From Bacteroidota bacterium (GTDB lineage Bacteria; Bacteroidota; Bacteroidia; AKYH767-A; 2013-40CM-41-45), in the NCBI GenBank assembly GCA_016720935.1, contig JADKJP010000004.1:203521-267520 (forward strand): DNA of 64,000 nt, written 5' to 3'. Below, piece after piece: positions 58,553 to 64,000 of the stretch. A model generated the notes under the pieces. The model was not told the origin of the DNA. It ran no database searches and worked only from the letters and a program-made list of their open reading frames with translations. Each line of letters starts with the position of its first letter. The first letter of the stretch is position 1. A program made the position numbers and the translations under genes.

Positions 58553-59473
58553 TTATCTGAAAATATCCTGGTTACTCAGAATACTGAGATAACTATCGTA
58601 CCGGCTGTATGCGATTTCGCCCCGTTCCACTGCCGGTTTAACGGCACAATCCTTTTCAGTGGTGTGCAAACAGTTATTGAATTTACAACCTTTCCCAACA
58701 GCAAAAATATCAGGGAAGAAGTGTGACACTTCATACTTGTCAAAATCAATAGTACCGAATTCACGAATTCCGGGAGTATCGATTAGGAAACCTCCTTCAG
58801 GCAGCGCATGCATCTCTGCAAATGTGGTTGTATGCGTTCCTTTCATGTGCTGAGATGAAAGCGTAGAGGTTTTCAAACCGAGTCCGGGAATAAGCGCGTT
58901 AATCAAGGAGGACTTCCCTACTCCGCTATGTCCGGAAAACAGATTCACTTTCCCCTTGAGTTCGTCCTTCAAAGCATGCAAACCAAAACCCGACAATCCA
59001 GAAACTGCAAGTACTTTATAACCAATTCCCTCGTAGAGATTTTTCAGCTCATTCACAAAATCCCAGACATCATCATCGTAAATGTCTGCTTTGTTCCAGA
59101 GTATTCCGGCCGGAACACTATGAGCCTCCGCTGTTGCCAGAAACCTGTCAATAAAACCAAGTGACGTTTTCGGAAGAACAGGAGTCGCCACAACCCAGGC
59201 GCGATCTACGTTGGCAGCAATGATCTGAACCTGTTTGGATAGTTTGACAGACTTCCGGATGATGTAATTCTTACGATCGAAAACACGAATAATATGGCCG
59301 ACTTCATGCGCTGAATCCCATTCCACCTCAACCTTGTCGCCAACTGTTACCGGGTTAGTTGCCTCAAAATCCTTTAAACGTAAATTTCCACGAATCCTGC
59401 AGGTCAGATTCTTACCATCCTCCAGTCTTACCGTGTATAAAGAACCCGTTGATTTTATCACTATCCCATGCAT
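58553..59473 (-). CDS. rsgA: Ribosome small-subunit biogenesis GTPase RsgA
   Basis: OB-fold N-terminus (MHGIVIKSTGSLYTVR), circularly permuted GTPase motifs (NKADI...SGHSGVGKSS), C-terminal zinc-finger CxxC...C. The ORF-track start at 59596 is an artefact of read-through into the GTTCYGA repeat. Confidence 0.85.
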   Translation of the reverse strand: MHGIVIKSTGSLYTVRLEDGKNLTCRIRGNLRLKDFEATNPVTVGDKVEVEWDSAHEVGHIIRVFDRKNYIIRKSVKLSKQVQIIAANVDRAWVVATPVLPKTSLGFIDRFLATAEAHSVPAGILWNKADIYDDDVWDFVNELKNLYEGIGYKVLAVSGLSGFGLHALKDELKGKVNLFSGHSGVGKSSLINALIPGLGLKTSTLSSQHMKGTHTTTFAEMHALPEGGFLIDTPGIREFGTIDFDKYEVSHFFPDIFAVGKGCKFNNCLHTTEKDCAVKPAVERGEIAYSRYDSYLSILSNQDIFR

Positions 59474-59540
59474 GGCACGAAAGTAAAAAAAGCAAGTGGA
59501 GAATTCACCTGAATTTCGTGAGAAATAACTTAGATTTGCG

Positions 59541-59636
59541 CTTCTCGGGTTCTGAGTTCTGAGTTCTGAGTTCCGAGTTCTGAGTTCCGAGTTCAAGGTT
59601 CGAAGTTCAATGTTTGAATTGTTCGAGGATCGAGGT
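59541..59636 (+). repeat. (GTTCTGA/GTTCCGA/GTTCGAA/GTTCAAT)n heptamer array, ~13 units
   Basis: ttctcgg gttctga gttctga gttctga gttccga gttctga gttccga gttcaag gttcgaa gttcaat gtttgaa ...; the 3' part is nearly identical to 18272-18292. Confidence 0.9.
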
Positions 59637-59667
59637 TAATGAATGCTAGAAGTATCAGGTAAAAATT

Positions 59668-59718
59668 CTAAGCACTAAGCACTAACCACCAAGCACTAAC
59701 CACCAAGCACCAAGCACC
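59668..59718 (+). repeat. (CTAAGCA/CTAACCA/CCAAGCA)n heptamer array ending at the gldA-like ATG
   Basis: ctaagca ctaagca ctaacca ccaagca ctaacca ccaagca ccaagca ccaaaaa aa|ATG. Confidence 0.9.
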
Positions 59719-59725
59719 AAAAAAA

Positions 59726-60646
59726 ATGAGTGTAAAAGTCAGTTCGATCACTAAAATGTATGGAAGTCAGAAGGCGCTGGATGAAGTGACATTTAGCGTT
59801 GATGGCGGTCAGGTTGTGGGGTTTCTTGGTCCAAATGGGGCGGGGAAATCAACGATGATGAAGATTATCACCTGCTTCATTCCTCAGACTTCCGGCAAAG
59901 TGGATGTTTGCGGATATGATGTGACGGAACAAAGCCTGGAAGTGAGAAAACTGGTAGGATATTTGCCTGAGCACAACCCGCTTTACCTTGAAATGTACGT
60001 CAAGGAATACCTCGAGTTCATCGCAGGATTGCATCACCTCGCCGGAACCAAGAAAGCGAGGATCTCTGAAATGATTGAAATCACCGGATTGCAAATAGAA
60101 CAGAATAAAAAAATCGGAGCCTTGTCAAAAGGCTACCGGCAGCGCGTTGGCCTGGCTCAGGCCATGATTCACGATCCGAAAGTGCTTATTCTCGATGAAC
60201 CAACCTCCGGTCTGGATCCAAACCAATTGTCTGAAATCCGTGCATTGATAAAATCCATCGGAAAAGAAAAAACCGTGATTCTTTCGACGCATATCATGCA
60301 GGAAGTTGAGGCGATTTGCGACAGAGTCATCATCATCAACAAAGGAAAAATAGTTGCAGATGAAAATACCGAGTTATTGCGAAAGTCCTCTACCGGTGAT
60401 GATATTATCATGGTAGAGTTTGATAATCCCTGTTCTTCCAAACAACTTTTACAGATTGAAGGTGTTGTCAGAGCAGAAGCATTGAATGGAAACAACTGGA
60501 AACTTGTTTCCGATGGCAAAACAGATATCCGCAGTCATGTTTTTCAATTTGCTGTTCAGAATAATCTCACAGTATTGTCAATGCAAAAGCAGGAGCAGAA
60601 ACTCGAAGATATTTTCCATCAGCTGACGCAGAAAAAAAATTCCTGA
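59726..60646 (+). CDS. gldA: ABC transporter ATP-binding protein, GldA-like (gliding motility-associated)
   Basis: Walker A GPNGAGKST, ABC signature LSKGYRQR, Walker B ILDEPTSGLD, ~300 aa with C-terminal extension as in Flavobacterium GldA. gldA symbol is tentative. Confidence 0.65.
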   Translation: MSVKVSSITKMYGSQKALDEVTFSVDGGQVVGFLGPNGAGKSTMMKIITCFIPQTSGKVDVCGYDVTEQSLEVRKLVGYLPEHNPLYLEMYVKEYLEFIAGLHHLAGTKKARISEMIEITGLQIEQNKKIGALSKGYRQRVGLAQAMIHDPKVLILDEPTSGLDPNQLSEIRALIKSIGKEKTVILSTHIMQEVEAICDRVIIINKGKIVADENTELLRKSSTGDDIIMVEFDNPCSSKQLLQIEGVVRAEALNGNNWKLVSDGKTDIRSHVFQFAVQNNLTVLSMQKQEQKLEDIFHQLTQKKNS

Positions 60647-60655
60647 TCCGAAAGA

Positions 60656-61771
60656 ATGGCAGCGTCAAGACAAACCACAAAGTCTTTGTTGATTCAAAAA
60701 CTGATTTTGATTTTCATCATCAGTTTTTATTACTCATTGTCTTTGCGTGCACAAAACATTTCCGCTTACACGGATTACAGAGGGTATTTGCAGGCCTTTG
60801 ACAACGGGATGTTCAAGCAACTCGAATACCTGCCGCCAAAATCCTATAAGTTCGGTGCGAGTTCTATTGCCTACATCGACAATAGGAGTGATTTTAAAAT
60901 TTATTACAAGGGGCAGACTTACCCACAGATTAACGCGGCTGATTTTTCATATTTCATGACCGACTATCTTGTTGCCTTTAAAGTTGGTTCTGTCTTGTAT
61001 ATTTTTGATGACGGCAATCGTAAAACACTGAGTTATTACAATTCAATTGTCGCCGTGAATGACAGCGTCATGGCGTATTTTGATGATTCGAATTACAATC
61101 TGAGCGTTTATTACCGGGGCAAAACAGCGGTGCTTGAATCCTCTTTACTCGATAAACCAAAGAGCATAAAAACAGGAGCCAATACAATCGCATGGGTCAA
61201 CCAGAGTAATTTTTTCAGCATTTTTTACCGGGGACAGGTACACACGATAAGCAACATTCCTCCAATCGAATATCAGGCCGGAAGAGATCTGGTTGCTTAT
61301 GTGGATGATTACGACAAACATTTTCATCTTTTTTACAAAGGTGATTCCGCGGTGGTGGAAGAATATGCTCCCGATTCCTTCAAAGTTGGTTATGGTATTA
61401 TGGCTTATGTCGACAATCTTGGCAATTTCAGGGTGTTTTACAATGGAGCTACAAAGAGGCTCCTGTCGGACCGACCGGATTTCTTTGTTGTCAAAGGAAA
61501 TATGGTGGTATATTCTTATAACCGGATGTTCAATGTGTTTTACAACGGACAAGTCACTACTATTGAGAATTTCGCCCCAAACGACTTCCAGGTGGGTACA
61601 GATGCTGTTGCCTGGATCAACGACAGTGGCAGGCTGAAAATATTCGACAAAGGCAAGACCTATACGGCTTCCTATGAACTGATCAATAAATACAACCTGA
61701 CCGGAAATGTGCTCAAATACGAAACCGGAACAAATACGGTCACTGTGTTTTTTGATGGTAAAAACTACTGA
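60656..61771 (+). CDS. Secreted repeat protein (~8 tandem ~40-aa units with A(Y/W)(V/I)D...F.(V/I)(F/Y)Y.G motif)
   Basis: N-terminal hydrophobic segment; internal periodicity visible by eye (AYIDNRSDFKIYYKGQ, AYFDDSNYNLSVYYRGK, AWVNQSNFFSIFYRGQ, AYVDDYDKHFHLFYKGD, AYVDNLGNFRVFYNGA, AWINDSGRLKIFDKGK). Confidence 0.5.
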   Translation: MAASRQTTKSLLIQKLILIFIISFYYSLSLRAQNISAYTDYRGYLQAFDNGMFKQLEYLPPKSYKFGASSIAYIDNRSDFKIYYKGQTYPQINAADFSYFMTDYLVAFKVGSVLYIFDDGNRKTLSYYNSIVAVNDSVMAYFDDSNYNLSVYYRGKTAVLESSLLDKPKSIKTGANTIAWVNQSNFFSIFYRGQVHTISNIPPIEYQAGRDLVAYVDDYDKHFHLFYKGDSAVVEEYAPDSFKVGYGIMAYVDNLGNFRVFYNGATKRLLSDRPDFFVVKGNMVVYSYNRMFNVFYNGQVTTIENFAPNDFQVGTDAVAWINDSGRLKIFDKGKTYTASYELINKYNLTGNVLKYETGTNTVTVFFDGKNY

Positions 61772-62019
61772 TTCCCCTGCTTTTGGGTATTTTTTCCTCT
61801 TGAATTCAATGTATTTTAGAGTCTCCTGCGACTCCTGAATCAAAGTAATTTCTTACTTTTGCAGCCGAGTGGAAAGATTTGATTAGCTGCCTGTATCAGT
61901 AGCAATATTGCAACCACGGTAAAAAATGCTAAAGCTGGACTAAAGCTTTTGCACCCGCGATCAAACCCTCCCGATTCCTTGTTTTACAAAAATAGTCTTT
62001 AAAAAACCTACAGAGAACC

Positions 62020-63327
62020 ATGTCTTATTTGTTCACCTCAGAATCCGTTTCCGAAGGGCATCCCGACAAAGTAGCGGACCAGATTTCAGATGCATTGATT
62101 GATTATTTCCTGGCCTATGATCCCAAGTCAAAAGTGGCTTGTGAAACACTTGTTACTACCGGACAGGTTGTCCTTGCAGGGGAAGTAAAATCGGAGGCTT
62201 ACCTCGATGTTCAGGATATCGCACGTGATGTAATCCGTAAAATCGGTTACACCAAAAGCGAATATATGTTCGAGGCCAACTCCTGCGGAATTTTCAGCGC
62301 GATTCACGAACAATCACCGGATATCAACCAGGGTGTAGATAAAAAGGATCCATGGAAACAAGGTGCCGGTGATCAGGGTATGATGTTCGGTTATGCCAGC
62401 AAAGAAACGGATACCTACATGCCTTTGCCACTGGAACTCGCACACCTTTTGTTGCGTGAACTTGCTGCTATCCGCAAAGAAGGCAAGACAATGACTTACC
62501 TCCGTCCGGATGCTAAGTCACAGGTGACGATCGAATACGGCGACGACAATCAACCTATCCGTATTGACACGATTGTGATTTCCACACAACATGACGATTT
62601 CGAAAAGGATGCCGCTATGTTGAAGAAAATTAAAGAAGATGTTATCAATATCCTCGTGCCACGTGTGATGAAAAAATTACCAAAACGTGTGCAGGCATTG
62701 TTCAATGATAAAATCAAATACCATGTGAATCCGACCGGTAAATTTGTGATCGGTGGACCACACGGTGATACAGGACTTACAGGACGTAAAATTATCGTGG
62801 ATACATACGGTGGAAAAGGTGCTCACGGTGGTGGTGCATTCTCCGGCAAAGATCCGTCAAAAGTGGACCGTTCCGCGGCATATGCCACACGTCACATTGC
62901 CAAAAACATGGTTGCAGCAGGTTTGTGCGACGAAGTACTTGTACAGGTTGCTTATGCTATCGGTGTCGCTGAGCCTGTTGGATTGTATGTAAATACTTAT
63001 GGTACTGCTAAAGTTCAAATGAACGACGGAGAAATTGCTCAAAAGATTCGCAAGATTTTTGACATGCGCCCTTACGCGATTGAACAGCGTTTTAATCTTC
63101 GTACCCCAATTTATCTTGAGACTGCAGCATATGGTCACATGGGCCGCGAAACCAAGGTGGTGGAAAAAATCTTCAACAAAGGGAAGAAGAATGAGAAACG
63201 TATCAAGGTTAAATTATTCCCTTGGGAAGAACTTAACTACGTAACTCGTTTGAAAGATCTTTTCGTTACAGAAAAAAAGAGCGCCAAGAAAACCAACGCG
63301 AAACAAGCGCAGCTTGAAATGGTATAA
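62020..63327 (+). CDS. metK: S-adenosylmethionine synthetase (methionine adenosyltransferase)
   Basis: [20 protein letters not shown] motifs; includes a ~30-aa Lys-rich C-terminal tail. Confidence 0.95.
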   Translation: MSYLFTSESVSEGHPDKVADQISDALIDYFLAYDPKSKVACETLVTTGQVVLAGEVKSEAYLDVQDIARDVIRKIGYTKSEYMFEANSCGIFSAIHEQSPDINQGVDKKDPWKQGAGDQGMMFGYASKETDTYMPLPLELAHLLLRELAAIRKEGKTMTYLRPDAKSQVTIEYGDDNQPIRIDTIVISTQHDDFEKDAAMLKKIKEDVINILVPRVMKKLPKRVQALFNDKIKYHVNPTGKFVIGGPHGDTGLTGRKIIVDTYGGKGAHGGGAFSGKDPSKVDRSAAYATRHIAKNMVAAGLCDEVLVQVAYAIGVAEPVGLYVNTYGTAKVQMNDGEIAQKIRKIFDMRPYAIEQRFNLRTPIYLETAAYGHMGRETKVVEKIFNKGKKNEKRIKVKLFPWEELNYVTRLKDLFVTEKKSAKKTNAKQAQLEMV

Positions 63328-63348
63328 TTACTGAATTCAGTGAATCTG

Positions 63349-63378
63349 AAAAGGCTTTCCGAAAGGGAAGCCTTTTTT
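63349..63378 (+). terminator. Rho-independent terminator after metK
   Basis: AAGGCTTTCC-GAAA-GGGAAGCCTT followed by TTTT. Confidence 0.8.
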
Positions 63379-63487
63379 ATGACAATTTTTTTAAGAAAAA
63401 ATTTGTGTTGAAACTATTATTACAAAAAAGCAGATATCAAATGATGGTAAATTGTGAAACGACTGAAAAGCCGTTTATATTCACACC

Positions 63488-64000
63488 ATGAATTCCAGGA
63501 TGCTCAAGATTTTGATTGGCCCGGCGGCAGCAATAGTGACTTACCTATTACTCTTCTATCAGGGATTGTCACAACCAATTGCGGGTACTGCTTGTGTTCT
63601 GGTCTGGATGGCTCTGTGGTGGATCATGGAACCTGTAGATCTCGGAGTTACTTCATTTATTCCTTTCATCCTCTTTCCGATCCTTGGCGTCATGGACACC
63701 GCGACGGTCGCGATGCAATACATGGAACAAACCATTTTTCTTTTCATGGGAGGATTTTTCATGGCTTATGCAATGGAAAAATGGAATCTGCACCACCGGC
63801 TGGCATACAAAGTACTTCGCCACACCGGACAACGTCCTTCGAAAGTTTTACTTGGAGTGATGCTTACTACTTTTCTTGTATCCATGTGGATTTCGAATAC
63901 TGCAACAGTCATGATGTTGCTTGCGGCAGTTTTATCTATTGTAAGACACGAACATTTGTTTGACAGAAAATACCACACACAAATTGCATGTGCATTACTA
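63488..64000 (+). CDS. DASS/SLC13-family divalent-anion:sodium symporter (citrate/sulfate transporter type), 3' end outside window
   Basis: Frame starting MNSRMLKILIGPAAAIVTYLL... runs open to the window end and carries the WWIMEP...SNTATVMM motifs of the SLC13/CitT-like family. The ORF-track entry 63454..63963 is in a different, non-coding frame. Confidence 0.6.
   Translation, partial: MNSRMLKILIGPAAAIVTYLLLFYQGLSQPIAGTACVLVWMALWWIMEPVDLGVTSFIPFILFPILGVMDTATVAMQYMEQTIFLFMGGFFMAYAMEKWNLHHRLAYKVLRHTGQRPSKVLLGVMLTTFLVSMWISNTATVMMLLAAVLSIVRHEHLFDRKYHTQIACALL

Noticed and set aside
63454-63963. ORF track CDS (169 aa, Cys/His-rich)
   Set aside because: It is in the wrong frame. The +2 frame from 63488 encodes a convincing DASS-family transporter running to the window end.

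Overview
This is a 64-kb chromosomal window from a low-GC Bacteroidota genome. The phylum call rests on T9SS C-terminal-domain cargo proteins, a GldA-like gliding ABC ATPase, SusC-type TonB-dependent receptor architecture, a GGGP-synthase homologue, and a TAnnTTTG -7 promoter motif with no Shine-Dalgarno sequences. Gene content is mostly housekeeping (ahcY, ribF, icd, coaD, pyrE, birA, rsfS, ftsH, cdsA, gdh, psd, hutU, folC, exbBD-tonB, dtd, rsgA, metK). Interspersed are five secreted T9SS cargo proteins (beta-propeller, Ycf48/BNR-like, parallel beta-helix, C25 gingipain-like peptidase, a truncated S8 peptidase), two AraC regulators, a pnuC-nadR-like pair, and a TPP-riboswitch-controlled TonB receptor. 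There are two tRNA-Val genes (GAC on the minus strand, UAC on the plus strand). I found no integrase, transposase, CRISPR array, reverse transcriptase or recognisable defence island. The strongest unexplained signal is non-coding. Nearly every larger intergenic region holds strictly 7-nt-periodic (occasionally 6- or 8-nt) degenerate tandem arrays falling into a handful of strand-biased unit families: CTAAGCA/CCAACCA, GTTCYGA, ATGAGTT, GGGACGR, YYAATAAC, GGAAGT and ACCAAAA. These are analogous to cyanobacterial STRR heptamers, and I am not aware of a named family for them. They occur as recurring modules: the same bipartite GTTCYGA array, spacer and CTAAGCA array ends exactly at the ATG of three unrelated genes; a G-rich module recurs three times and is G-quadruplex-prone; two loci carry flanking 12-13-bp inverted repeats like miniature inverted-repeat elements. 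They also generate ORF-caller artefacts such as (VE)n tails and an SELRT N-terminal extension on rsgA. A second notable locus is tRNA-Val(UAC): a 14-bp copy of its 5' end lies upstream, and two ~120-bp tandem units follow, each carrying the tRNA 3' half (with a different, compensated anticodon arm) plus the terminator hairpin. They lead into a lower-GC two-gene islet (a QW-repeat prenyltransferase/terpene-cyclase-like protein and a GT-C-like membrane protein). This looks like an integration or recombination scar. All coordinates were read by hand and may be off by 1-2 nt. No database searches could be run.
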